Positions 1 through 8,637 of a stretch of 64,000 nt of DNA are shown piece by piece. The stretch is taken from IMG/VR virus record IMGVR_UViG_3300008108_000036, one strand, 5' to 3'. The notes under the pieces are model-generated. The model was not told the origin of the DNA. It did no database searches and was given only the letters and a program-made list of their open reading frames with translations. This stretch comes from a virus. The translations under genes and the position numbers were made by a program. The first letter of the stretch is position 1, and each line of letters starts with the position of its first letter.

Positions 1-1
1 A

Positions 2-796
2 AATAAAAAAAACCCTTTTGAAGGGTTAGATCTAAATGCAATTTGTTATTTTGATACAGAAACTACAGGATTGCATCCTGCAACTTCACAGATAGTTGAA
101 ATAGCTGCTATTAAAGGGTCTGAAAAATTTTATAAAAAAATTCATCTTACTGATGAAATTAAAACAAAAATAGAAGATGAAAGGCAAAATTTTGTACCAA
201 AAACAAAAAAAGATAAAACTATAGAAGAATTGTTAGCAATGTCAGGTTATCATAACACATCGTCCGACAGTTCCGAAAAAAACGCTTTAGAGGAATTTGT
301 CGCTTTTTGTAAGGGCTCTTCAATATTACTTGCTCATAATGCTACGTTTGATATGAAAATGATTAACCATAGATGCAAAATGTATGGAATTGATTATTTA
401 CAAAATATTCCAGTTTATGATACGTTAGCGTTTTCAAGAAGATTTTTTGTACCAGCTCTTATTACAATTGAACAAAGTAGCAAAAACGAAACATCTAGAA
501 AAAAAGCTAAAGACATTTTAGATAAAATTACAAAAACGTACTACAAAAGCGGTCAAAGACTTAACATTTCAAATAGTCTTTCTTCATTAATTGGAGCATT
601 AAGAGGAAGCGTTGGAAATTGGCATCAGGCAATGGCTGATGTAGAAATGCTAAAAGATTTAGTTGAAAACTTCTTTAAACTTATGTTTGATAAACACTTT
701 GAAACAATCTCAGATAAAGTTACGTTTAAAAAATATTACATGAGAAACAGTAGATTTGAAGACAGAATGAAAGAAAGTGATAAGAAGAAGAAATAA
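2..796 (+). CDS. DEDDh 3'-5' exonuclease (DnaQ/epsilon-like), 5'-truncated by the window edge
   Basis: Frame is open from position 2 and reads ...ICYFDTETTGLHP (ExoI), AHNATFD (ExoII) and WHQAMAD (ExoIII). The track start at 71 is internal. Confidence 0.85.
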   Translation, partial: NKKNPFEGLDLNAICYFDTETTGLHPATSQIVEIAAIKGSEKFYKKIHLTDEIKTKIEDERQNFVPKTKKDKTIEELLAMSGYHNTSSDSSEKNALEEFVAFCKGSSILLAHNATFDMKMINHRCKMYGIDYLQNIPVYDTLAFSRRFFVPALITIEQSSKNETSRKKAKDILDKITKTYYKSGQRLNISNSLSSLIGALRGSVGNWHQAMADVEMLKDLVENFFKLMFDKHFETISDKVTFKKYYMRNSRFEDRMKESDKKKK

Positions 797-1088
797 TTTT
801 ATGCTAATTTCAAATTTTGTTACAAAAAATGAACTTCATGAGTACATAGAAAACAATTACGGTAAAATATTATTTGTTTTTTCTATTTGGCATCATCTTT
901 ACTCAGGAGACGATTTTGGTTATATAATTCAAAATTTTAATAACGAGCGTAAAGTATTGCTTAGTAAAAACGATGAGCTTTATATTTCAAATGAAGAAGA
1001 GCTGCAACTAAAGCTTGCTATATATTCCAAAGCAATAGCTGAAACAAAAAAAGCTATTTGTTTATTGAATCAACAACAAACTTTTTAG
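777..1088 (+). CDS. hypothetical protein
   Basis: ORF abutting the exonuclease; no motif recognised. Confidence 0.5.
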   Translation: MIRRRNNFMLISNFVTKNELHEYIENNYGKILFVFSIWHHLYSGDDFGYIIQNFNNERKVLLSKNDELYISNEEELQLKLAIYSKAIAETKKAICLLNQQQTF

Positions 1089-1089
1089 T

Positions 1090-1659
1090 TTATACTTTAC
1101 AGTCAAACGCTTTTATTAGAATATTTAAACTGTATTCTGGAGTAGTGTTTTTGTGAATAATTTGTTGTATAGTGGACTCATATTTTACATCAGAATCCGT
1201 TATTCCGTATACTCCATATGGGTCTGGAGCAGTTGGGGAGTTGCGTTCTCGCGTAGAGTCAAATGGAGTGTAATCTAATTCTAAAGCAACTTGAGCTGGA
1301 GCGACTTCAACTGTGTCGGGATGAGAGTATTGCGGATATAACGTGATAGCTTTATTTACCATCACAACGACTAAATGTCTCATAAATACGTCGTTTACTG
1401 ATGCTTCTACAATTTGTTGCAATTCTACAATTTTGACTTTACCTTTAAGGGCTTCAAATGGTTGTAAGTAATGTTCGAATACATACAACGGAATATAACC
1501 GTTTGCTAATCTAGCGCAATCCTTTATTACATGATACGCACCTGGATTTTGAATTATTATTCCTGTATCAGGCCGAGCTATCGCTTTTTCAGACGGACCG
1601 TATAGTTTAGCTTCTTGGTGCGTACTATTGGACAATAAAATTTCTATAAAAGGTAACAT
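1090..1659 (-). CDS. hypothetical late protein (candidate internal virion protein)
   Basis: 189-aa ORF preceded by an exact TATAAATA late promoter. Confidence 0.6.
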   Translation of the reverse strand: MLPFIEILLSNSTHQEAKLYGPSEKAIARPDTGIIIQNPGAYHVIKDCARLANGYIPLYVFEHYLQPFEALKGKVKIVELQQIVEASVNDVFMRHLVVVMVNKAITLYPQYSHPDTVEVAPAQVALELDYTPFDSTRERNSPTAPDPYGVYGITDSDVKYESTIQQIIHKNTTPEYSLNILIKAFDCKV

Positions 1660-1668
1660 ATCAATATT

Positions 1669-1676
1669 TATTTATA
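1669..1676 (-). promoter_or_regulatory. T4-type late promoter TATAAATA
   Basis: Exact gp55 consensus on the minus strand, 9 nt upstream of the ATG at 1659. Confidence 0.7.
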
Positions 1677-1718
1677 TTGATTTTGTTTGCTTTCTAATAT
1701 AAGTGAAAGTGGCTCTTT

Positions 1719-2189
1719 ATGGGATTAAATATTTTGCAAAAAAGACAACAACTTGCTGATTTGACTGCTAAAATAGCTTTAATTCAACAAGAAGTTTACG
1801 AGTTAGAAAATAAAAATCCTGAACTTACTGCACGTTTACAAAAGTTAGAGAAGAACCAAAAAACGATAATTGAAGAGCTAGATACGCCTATATTTGTATC
1901 AATCGAAAACTTTGGAGAAATCAGTTGTCTTTGGGAAGGAATTGGAGAAATGCCGCAAATAATTGATTGGAAATTTAGCTTTACTGAACATATTAATACG
2001 TTTTTAGAAACAATATTATTTAAAGAAGGGCGTATTTTGCTTTTATTTGAAATGCAAATTCCTGAAATCCAAAACCTACAACACGACCTGTTGAAACTAG
2101 ATGAAAAAGTAAATTTATATAACGAAGAAGTAACTATGTTATACAAGGAGAGTGCAGATGAAGGCGTTTTACAGTTTTATATAAAATAA
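1719..2189 (+). CDS. hypothetical coiled-coil protein
   Basis: 156-aa ORF with heptad-rich termini. Confidence 0.55.
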   Translation: MGLNILQKRQQLADLTAKIALIQQEVYELENKNPELTARLQKLEKNQKTIIEELDTPIFVSIENFGEISCLWEGIGEMPQIIDWKFSFTEHINTFLETILFKEGRILLLFEMQIPEIQNLQHDLLKLDEKVNLYNEEVTMLYKESADEGVLQFYIK

Positions 2190-2229
2190 AAACGGTTGCT
2201 TTACATATTATGGCCGAGTAAGTAGTTTT

Positions 2230-2340
2230 GTGAAATTGCTAGCGTTTCGCAATTTTGCAATACCTTCACGAGAAACTTTTGATTATGTAATGAACGAACC
2301 ACAAAATGAAAAAGCAAAGAGACGGCGAACATTTAGGTAA
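2230..2340 (+). CDS. possible 36-aa small protein (GTG start; MKLLAFRNFAIPSRETF...KRRRTFR)
   Basis: Not in the ORF track; fills the intergenic gap; TAAGTA motif about 5 nt upstream. Confidence 0.3.
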   Translation: MKLLAFRNFAIPSRETFDYVMNEPQNEKAKRRRTFR

Positions 2341-2394
2341 AAAAGCCGCAAAAATAATTGCTGAAATGTATTACAATAAAATTATTAATTCTTT

Positions 2395-3825
2395 ATGATT
2401 ATTTTTGGAATAAACGAAGCTGCTCACGATGCAGGAATAACTGTTATAGAAAACGGACATATTTTATTTGCTGCTCATTCTGAGCGGTACAGCAAAATAA
2501 AAAATGACTGGTTTTTAAATGACGCTATAATTAACGAAGCTTTAAAGTACGGTCGGCCCGATGTAATTGCTTATTATGAAAAGCCTCTATTAAAACAACT
2601 GCGACTACTCATAAGAGGTGGTTTAGGTAAAAAATCTGCATTTCAAAGAAACCCACAAATAAAAAATGTTCCTGTCGTTAATTTTGGACACCATTATTCA
2701 CATGCTTCATCTGGTTATTTCACTAGTAAATTTGATGATGCTCTAATAGTTGTTGTTGATTCTATAGGAGAATTTAACACCACTACTGGCTGGATTGGGG
2801 AAGGAACGTCTATAAAAAATATTTTCAAACAAAATTATCCTTTTAGTTTTGGATTGTTTTACAGCGCGTTCACGCAATTAATTGGCTTAGAAGCTAACAA
2901 AGAGGAATATATATTAATGGGAATGGCTGCGTATGGAAATCCAAACACTTTATACAAAGAAGTAAACGAGTATTTTCCTAATATACACAGTCAAAAATAT
3001 AATTTTCATAAAGGAATTTGGGATTGGAATATACCAATAACAGAAGAAACTAAATTTGATATAGCAGCTGCAGTTCAAAAAACATATCAACAACGTTTAT
3101 TGGAACTCATGCACTTCTTAAAAAAGACTACAAAAAAGAATAAATTGGTGTTTATGGGAGGATGTGCTCTAAACTGCTCTGCAAATACGTTGCTTTGGGA
3201 TTTGTTTGATGATATTTGGATTATGCCAAACCCAGGGGACGCAGGAAGCAGTCTTGGTGCTGCTGCTGCATATTATAAAAAGCACGTTGAATGGAATACT
3301 CCATATTTGGGTTATAACATAGAAGGAGATTATCCGATTCAAAATATCTTAAACGATCTTAATACAAGAGGTATTTCTGCGGTAGCTAATGGTAAAGCGG
3401 AATTTGGACCAAGAGCATTGGGCAACAGAAGCATATTAGCTGATCCAAGAGATCCTTTTATTAAAGACAAAGTCAATGAAATCAAACAACGGGAAAAGTT
3501 CAGACCATTTGCTCCTGTCGTTTTGGAGGAATATGCTAACGAGTGGTTTGATATGAATTTTCCGTCACCTTATATGCAATACGCAACAAAATGCAAACGT
3601 CCTGCAGAAATCCCTTCCGTTGTGCACTATGACGGTACATCCAGAGTGCAAACCGTAAACAAATCGCAGCACTCCGGCTTGTACAATTTACTAAAGCAGT
3701 GGTATGATAAAACGAAGATACCTATTTTGCTTAACACGAGTTTAAACATTAAGAACCAGCCTTTATTAAACGATAAAAACGATGCCGTAGCTTGGAAGAA
3801 ATTTTACAAACGAGGAATCAATTAA
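2395..3825 (+). CDS. carbamoyltransferase (NodU/CmcH/TobZ family)
   Basis: Motifs HDAG, ERYSKIKND, HHYSHA, MGMAAYG, GGCALN, PGDAG, EFGPRALGNRS, FRPFAP, LNTSLN. Confidence 0.95.
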   Translation: MIIFGINEAAHDAGITVIENGHILFAAHSERYSKIKNDWFLNDAIINEALKYGRPDVIAYYEKPLLKQLRLLIRGGLGKKSAFQRNPQIKNVPVVNFGHHYSHASSGYFTSKFDDALIVVVDSIGEFNTTTGWIGEGTSIKNIFKQNYPFSFGLFYSAFTQLIGLEANKEEYILMGMAAYGNPNTLYKEVNEYFPNIHSQKYNFHKGIWDWNIPITEETKFDIAAAVQKTYQQRLLELMHFLKKTTKKNKLVFMGGCALNCSANTLLWDLFDDIWIMPNPGDAGSSLGAAAAYYKKHVEWNTPYLGYNIEGDYPIQNILNDLNTRGISAVANGKAEFGPRALGNRSILADPRDPFIKDKVNEIKQREKFRPFAPVVLEEYANEWFDMNFPSPYMQYATKCKRPAEIPSVVHYDGTSRVQTVNKSQHSGLYNLLKQWYDKTKIPILLNTSLNIKNQPLLNDKNDAVAWKKFYKRGIN

Positions 3826-3831
3826 ATTTAT

Positions 3832-3909
3832 ATGTTTAATATTTTATTTCAAAGTATAAAATGGTTAAGAAACAAAAAATTTAGAAAAAATGATAAATTT
3901 ATATATTAA
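3832..3909 (+). CDS. 25-aa basic peptide MFNILFQSIKWLRNKKFRKNDKFIY
   Basis: ATG 6 nt after the carbamoyltransferase stop; ends in DxFIY like short ORFs I recall following phage carbamoyltransferases. Confidence 0.5.
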   Translation: MFNILFQSIKWLRNKKFRKNDKFIY

Positions 3910-3958
3910 ATAAAAAAGCAAGTTTTGATGGTTTTTGATCTTTGATAAATTATTTTAA

Positions 3959-4410
3959 GGGGGTGCCCTGGTTTCGACATATAGTTGAAACTAAAAGCGC
4001 ATGTAGAGGTTAATCGATGGCCTCTTTAAAAATCGATTGAACACTAAACGCAGAAGACAATACTTCTGATCTCTTAGCTGAAGCTGATTACATCTTCAAC
4101 AACGCTGATGAGTTTCTCATCGACGTTGAAGAAGCTTGTGCTCTCGAAGCCTAAGAGCCTAATAGAGGATCCTCTAAATCTATTTTGAAACGCAGAGGTT
4201 TTGATGAACTGTTAGAGATCATAGAAAAACTGATACAGAGGTAGTACAAGACCTCTCACTTGTGCAGGCAGACATAAAAATCGGTTGATACAACCATGCA
4301 GCCTTTTGTCTTTGTCACCGTAAGGTGGCTGAAATGTTGAATGTATCCAAACGTGTGAAGACCTTTTAGCTTAGGTTATATGGACAGGGGTTCGATTCCC
4401 CTCATCTCCA
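3959..4410 (+). ncRNA. ssrA: tmRNA (SsrA), one-piece, about 452 nt
   Basis: 5' GGGGGTGCCCTGGTTTCGAC; 3' GGACAGGGGTTCGATTCCCCTCATCTCCA; acceptor stem with G3.U; pk1 (GAGG/CCTC, AATCGAT/ATCGATT); resume codon after CTAAAC; CCA not encoded. Confidence 0.95.
4050..4154 (+). other. tmRNA tag ORF (A)AEDNTSDLLAEADYIFNNADEFLIDVEEACALEA*
   Basis: GCA resume codon after TAAAC, downstream of pk1; 34 codons to TAA. Confidence 0.8.
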
Positions 4411-4461
4411 ATAAAATAAAAATTGTTGAAAAACTCATAATTCAAATGTTAATCAAGTCCT

Positions 4462-4665
4462 ATGACAACTATTGAGGAAGTAGCTTATTTTTTGTTAACT
4501 AAACCACCTTTAGACGAACTTACTGATGGCATTTCAGGAATTGTAGAAAAATATCGTTATAATATGTGGACAAAAACACAATCAGCAGAAGCTCTTATAG
4601 AAATTTACGAAGATAAATTGCAAGAATTTTTAGACACAAATCTCGAGTTAGCCGGACTACAATAA
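4462..4665 (+). CDS. hypothetical protein
   Basis: 67-aa ORF. Confidence 0.5.
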   Translation: MTTIEEVAYFLLTKPPLDELTDGISGIVEKYRYNMWTKTQSAEALIEIYEDKLQEFLDTNLELAGLQ

Positions 4666-4695
4666 CCAGCCCAAAGTTATAAATACGAACTTTAA

Positions 4696-4703
4696 CATAA
4701 GTA
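4696..4703 (+). promoter_or_regulatory. late promoter variant CATAAGTA heading the lysis operon
   Basis: Same ATAAGTA motif precedes tail sheath; 9 nt before the ATG at 4713. Confidence 0.5.
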
Positions 4704-4712
4704 GTATTTATA

Positions 4713-5393
4713 ATGAGGCATTCGCTACATAAATTAGCTCTTTTAACGTTACTTTTAATAATAGTAACTGGATGCACAATATATACAGAAAAACGCAGCG
4801 AAGCTTTGTCGCAAGCTGTCTATGCTACTTCCAGTAGCATTTTAAACGCTAGAATTGATTTTGCAGCAAAATATGCAGAACAAGCTAAGCGGTTGGCTTA
4901 TGCTCCAAAAAAACAAATCGACATTCTTCCTCTTATAACAGAAGATGTAAAAAAAATTGAGACTGTTAACAGTTCAACAAAAATTACTAGTAACTCTGCT
5001 AAAAAATCGTCCGTAATACCTACTAGCATAATAACAGCAACAACTGTAGATAATCAAAACCAAAAAATAGTACGTTTGGTTATTCCTGAATTTTTAAAAC
5101 ATGCAAAATTATTAATAGAAAATTCAGAAGAATGGAATGAATTAATTAAAAACAAAGAAATAAATCTGCAATTAGAACAAGATAAAGCAAATCTTCAAAA
5201 ACTAGCTCAAGATATTGACGCAGAATTAGCAAAGCAACAAAAATATAATTCGGAGCTACTTAACGAGCTTCACAACCTAAAAACAAAAGTAGCAGAAAAA
5301 CAAGTTACGATTTATAAATTATATATAACGATAGCTGTTTTACTTGGAGCGATTGTTGGAGGAATTTATCTTAGAATGAAAGGAATTTTTTAA
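4713..5393 (+). CDS. lipoprotein with C-terminal TM helix; candidate unimolecular spanin
   Basis: Signal peptide with lipobox IVTG|C; coiled coil; C-terminal TMD LYITIAVLLGAIVGGIYL; adjacent to holin and endolysin. Confidence 0.6.
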   Translation: MRHSLHKLALLTLLLIIVTGCTIYTEKRSEALSQAVYATSSSILNARIDFAAKYAEQAKRLAYAPKKQIDILPLITEDVKKIETVNSSTKITSNSAKKSSVIPTSIITATTVDNQNQKIVRLVIPEFLKHAKLLIENSEEWNELIKNKEINLQLEQDKANLQKLAQDIDAELAKQQKYNSELLNELHNLKTKVAEKQVTIYKLYITIAVLLGAIVGGIYLRMKGIF

Positions 5394-5396
5394 AAT

Positions 5397-5828
5397 ATGT
5401 TGTTTAATCTTAAAAATGCTATAACAACTGGATTATCGTTTTTGAGCTCAACGAAAGCTCCGCCTAATACTCCTGAATGCGAAATAGAAAGATTAAAATC
5501 TATAAATCACATGGAGTCAAAAAAATTTTATATAGTAATGACTTCGGTTATTATTCTTGCGTTTTTTTATTTTGCAAGCATAGGTATATTATTTTTAATT
5601 CCTCAAGGAACTCCTGAATTTTTTACAGGATTTGTTACTATTTTTTCTAAAACAATTGAAATTTTATCTATAATAATAGCAGCTTATGTTGGAGCTCAGG
5701 CGGTTGTTGATTTAAAATATGGAAGTAAGTCGAACGTAAGTCTAGAAAGCACCACCCATCAAGAAACTGTAGAAACATTAACAGTTATTCAAACTAATAT
5801 TAAAGAGGAGGATTATGAACTCAAATAA
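5397..5828 (+). CDS. putative holin (2 TM helices)
   Basis: Two hydrophobic segments, SKKF before TM1, AYVGAQAVVD after TM2; overlaps the endolysin start. Confidence 0.6.
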   Translation: MLFNLKNAITTGLSFLSSTKAPPNTPECEIERLKSINHMESKKFYIVMTSVIILAFFYFASIGILFLIPQGTPEFFTGFVTIFSKTIEILSIIIAAYVGAQAVVDLKYGSKSNVSLESTTHQETVETLTVIQTNIKEEDYELK

Positions 5829-6432
5829 ACCTTCAGAAAATACATTAAGTTTACTTTTACAATATGAAGTAGGTGGTGGTAAGCATTATTACGAAAAATA
5901 TCTTTCCAAATTTACATGGCCAGGAGGAGCTTCAGGACCGACGATAGCAATAGGAGTTGATTGTGCATACTATTCGAAATCGGAATTACAACACATTTTT
6001 AGCTTTTTGCCTGATGAACAAATAAAAATGATTCAGCAAGCTTCAGGAAAAACCGGATTGTCTGGTAAGGAATACACAGCAACATTGAGAGCAAAGGGAA
6101 TTGTAGTGAACTGGGAAGAAGCGCTCCAGATTTTTGAGAATTTAACATGGCCAAAGTTTACTAAATTGGCAGAAAAAACATTTCCTGGTTTAAAAGAGTT
6201 GAAACCTGACGCTTATGGAGCAATAGTTTCTTTAGTGTTTAATAGAGGAACTAGCTTAGTGGGAAATTCTAGAAAAGAAATGGTTAACATTAAAAATCTC
6301 ATTCCTGATAAAAATTACAAAAAAATAGCAAAAGAAATTCGAGCGATGAAGCGTCTCTGGGTAGGAAAAGGATTAGACGGGTTGTTAGAAAGACGTGAAG
6401 CAGAAGCAACATTAATAGAAGCTTGCGTTTAA
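5815..6432 (+). CDS. endolysin, lysozyme fold (GH24/pesticin-like)
   Basis: Catalytic E in QYEVGG, WPGGASGPTIAIGVD, AIVSLVFNRG, GLLERREAE. Confidence 0.85.
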   Translation: MNSNKPSENTLSLLLQYEVGGGKHYYEKYLSKFTWPGGASGPTIAIGVDCAYYSKSELQHIFSFLPDEQIKMIQQASGKTGLSGKEYTATLRAKGIVVNWEEALQIFENLTWPKFTKLAEKTFPGLKELKPDAYGAIVSLVFNRGTSLVGNSRKEMVNIKNLIPDKNYKKIAKEIRAMKRLWVGKGLDGLLERREAEATLIEACV

Positions 6433-6433
6433 T

Positions 6434-7342
6434 ATGAAAACGATGACTAAAAGCCAGCTAATTTTAGAGAACGAAAAATTGCTAGAAACAATTCATTCGA
6501 GACAAGGCAGTTTAAATAATTTGTCTTCATATCTCATTGAGCTTGAAAGTCAATTAGCTTTAATATTTGCTGCGTCTCCTGATATTATAGTATTTTTAGA
6601 TAAAAACGCTGATATTATTAAAATCAGTGATGCAGCATTTACTATTTTAGGATATACTAGAGCTGAGCTGATAGGTCGCTCATTATGGGAATTTATTTCA
6701 ACAGAAGATTTAAAAGACTCTAAAGAAAAATTCAATCAAATTAAAACCAAGAGCGTATCATATTTTACAGGTAACAATGCTTTTATAAACAATTGGATTT
6801 CCAAAGAAGGCCAAAAAGTACGTTTGGTTTGGCGTTTTTCTTTATGTGATGAAAAAGAAGATAAAGTTATAGGAGTAGCTTCAGATATTTCACAATTTGG
6901 TAATAATCATTTTTATAATTTTAAATTATTGCAAAATGCTGTTAATTCGTCGACAGATGGAATTGTAATTATAGAATCTGCTGAAGAATCTGCAACAGCA
7001 GTCTATGTAAATCAAGCTTACGAAAGAATGATGAACACACCGTCCGAAGAGCTAATTGGAAAATCTTTTTGGAATAACTTAACCAATGAAAGTTTGCACT
7101 CTAGAGCATTTTCTACCATTAAAACGTGTATGTTAAATGGAACAAATTGTGATGTTTTATTGCAATGTCACAAGGCAACCGGAGAGCTATTTTACGCTCG
7201 ATATGCTATTTCTGCAGTAAAAGAAAATAATATAATTGCTCATTTTATAGGAATTATACGAGACATTTCAGAAAAAATAGGAACAAAATACGAATGGTCA
7301 CCGAACTCAGAAAGCGGATTTATACATTTACATCATAACTAA
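6434..7342 (+). CDS. tandem PAS-domain protein without output domain
   Basis: PAS1: IFAASPDIIVFLD...ILGYTRAELIGRSLWEFI...IGVASDIS. PAS2: AVNSSTDGIVI...YVNQAYERM...EELIGKS...FIGIIRDIS. Confidence 0.85.
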   Translation: MKTMTKSQLILENEKLLETIHSRQGSLNNLSSYLIELESQLALIFAASPDIIVFLDKNADIIKISDAAFTILGYTRAELIGRSLWEFISTEDLKDSKEKFNQIKTKSVSYFTGNNAFINNWISKEGQKVRLVWRFSLCDEKEDKVIGVASDISQFGNNHFYNFKLLQNAVNSSTDGIVIIESAEESATAVYVNQAYERMMNTPSEELIGKSFWNNLTNESLHSRAFSTIKTCMLNGTNCDVLLQCHKATGELFYARYAISAVKENNIIAHFIGIIRDISEKIGTKYEWSPNSESGFIHLHHN

Positions 7343-7343
7343 C

Positions 7344-7751
7344 ATGAATACGGAATTTGATAATAATATAGGAAATAGTTATGAAGGAAACGGGTGGTCT
7401 AAATATCAAATGCTCGTGTTGCAGCAATTAAAAGATCATAATGCCGTGCTTCAAAATTTAAACAAAGAAATTGTTGAAGTGAAACAATTAAATGCGGTTG
7501 CTGATGCGGAGTCTAAAATGTGGAAAATAAAAGTAATGTCTGATCTCGAAAGTTTGAGATCGGATGTAGATAAAGAGTTGTACGAAGAGCATGGTATGTA
7601 CAAACGTTTATCTAAAGTTGAGCGTGATTTGGATTTAGATGACCACTTAGCAACTAAAAGCAAGGCAACATTAGCATTATATGGTTCTATTGCTATGTTT
7701 ATTCTTAATGCGTTAATCCAAATAGTTGCTATATATTTAAAAGTAAAATGA
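7344..7751 (+). CDS. coiled-coil protein with C-terminal TM anchor
   Basis: GWSKYQMLVLQQL, heptad repeats, C-terminal hydrophobic helix; 1 nt after the PAS gene. Confidence 0.6.
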   Translation: MNTEFDNNIGNSYEGNGWSKYQMLVLQQLKDHNAVLQNLNKEIVEVKQLNAVADAESKMWKIKVMSDLESLRSDVDKELYEEHGMYKRLSKVERDLDLDDHLATKSKATLALYGSIAMFILNALIQIVAIYLKVK

Positions 7752-7960
7752 GTTATTTTGGCTGTAGTATAATAAAAGATCCTGATGTAGATGAGTTGAC
7801 TTCTAAGACAAGTTTGAGAATATTAGAAATTATAGAAAAAAAACATGGACACGAAACCACAACTATTCCTAGCAATCAGATTAATTTCGTTTCTTTTGAA
7901 CAAGCCTTGTTGGAATTAATAACCCATGAGCGAAGTAAAAACAGCTCTAATAAACAATAA
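7748..7960 (+). CDS. hypothetical protein
   Basis: ATGA-coupled to the previous gene. Confidence 0.5.
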   Translation: MSYFGCSIIKDPDVDELTSKTSLRILEIIEKKHGHETTTIPSNQINFVSFEQALLELITHERSKNSSNKQ

Positions 7961-7974
7961 ATAATAGTTTCCTC

Positions 7975-8412
7975 ATGAAGTTGTTTATTGATGCAGCATT
8001 ACCTAAAAAGCAAATAAGATATTTGATGCATCTTATTGCTGTTGATTATAAAGTCACGCAGTTGTCATTTAATAGTCAAGCAAAGTCTCTTGGTGGTTCT
8101 TACAACTTCAATAAAAATAGCATTTTTATTAACAATAAACAACGCAAAAAAACCATGCTCTGCGTGTTTTTTCACGAGTTAGCTCATCATGTTGCAGTTC
8201 AACAAAAAAAATGGATGTCGTATCATGAAGGAACAGATTCTGATATTGCTCCTTCTAAACAATTTGCTATTGAAAATAAAATAGATTTAATAGCCAAATC
8301 ACTTTGGCTTAAATATGTAGACATTAAACAGTGGGGCAATTATCAATTTAGTTACCCAAAAGCAAGAAAAGGTCAGCTTTCAGCTTGGTTAGCAGACTAT
8401 AATTCAATTTAA
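7975..8412 (+). CDS. HExxH zinc-metallopeptidase-like protein (ImmA/IrrE-like)
   Basis: FFHELAHH with downstream IENKID; ATAAATA upstream. Confidence 0.6.
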   Translation: MKLFIDAALPKKQIRYLMHLIAVDYKVTQLSFNSQAKSLGGSYNFNKNSIFINNKQRKKTMLCVFFHELAHHVAVQQKKWMSYHEGTDSDIAPSKQFAIENKIDLIAKSLWLKYVDIKQWGNYQFSYPKARKGQLSAWLADYNSI

Positions 8413-8637
8413 ATGATTAACTTATCTGATTTTATTTATAAAGACGGAGATCAATTTTATTTTGATCTAGAATGCTACAACGAAGGAGATCACTTATCTA
8501 TTGATAAATCGCTAAGATTTCAAAGCGGAGACAATATTAAATTTTTTTGGGAGGGTAAAAAAATGTTTGGAACTTTGAGACATTTTGGGCAAAATGAGGA
8601 GCTTTTTATTATTGTTAATGTATCGTGCATCGAGTGA
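8413..8637 (+). CDS. hypothetical protein
   Basis: 74-aa ORF, abutting neighbours. Confidence 0.5.
   Translation: MINLSDFIYKDGDQFYFDLECYNEGDHLSIDKSLRFQSGDNIKFFWEGKKMFGTLRHFGQNEELFIIVNVSCIE

Noticed and set aside
4383-4410. tRNA-like T-arm GGGGTTCGATTCCCC
   Set aside because: It is the 3' end of the tmRNA; there is no anticodon arm
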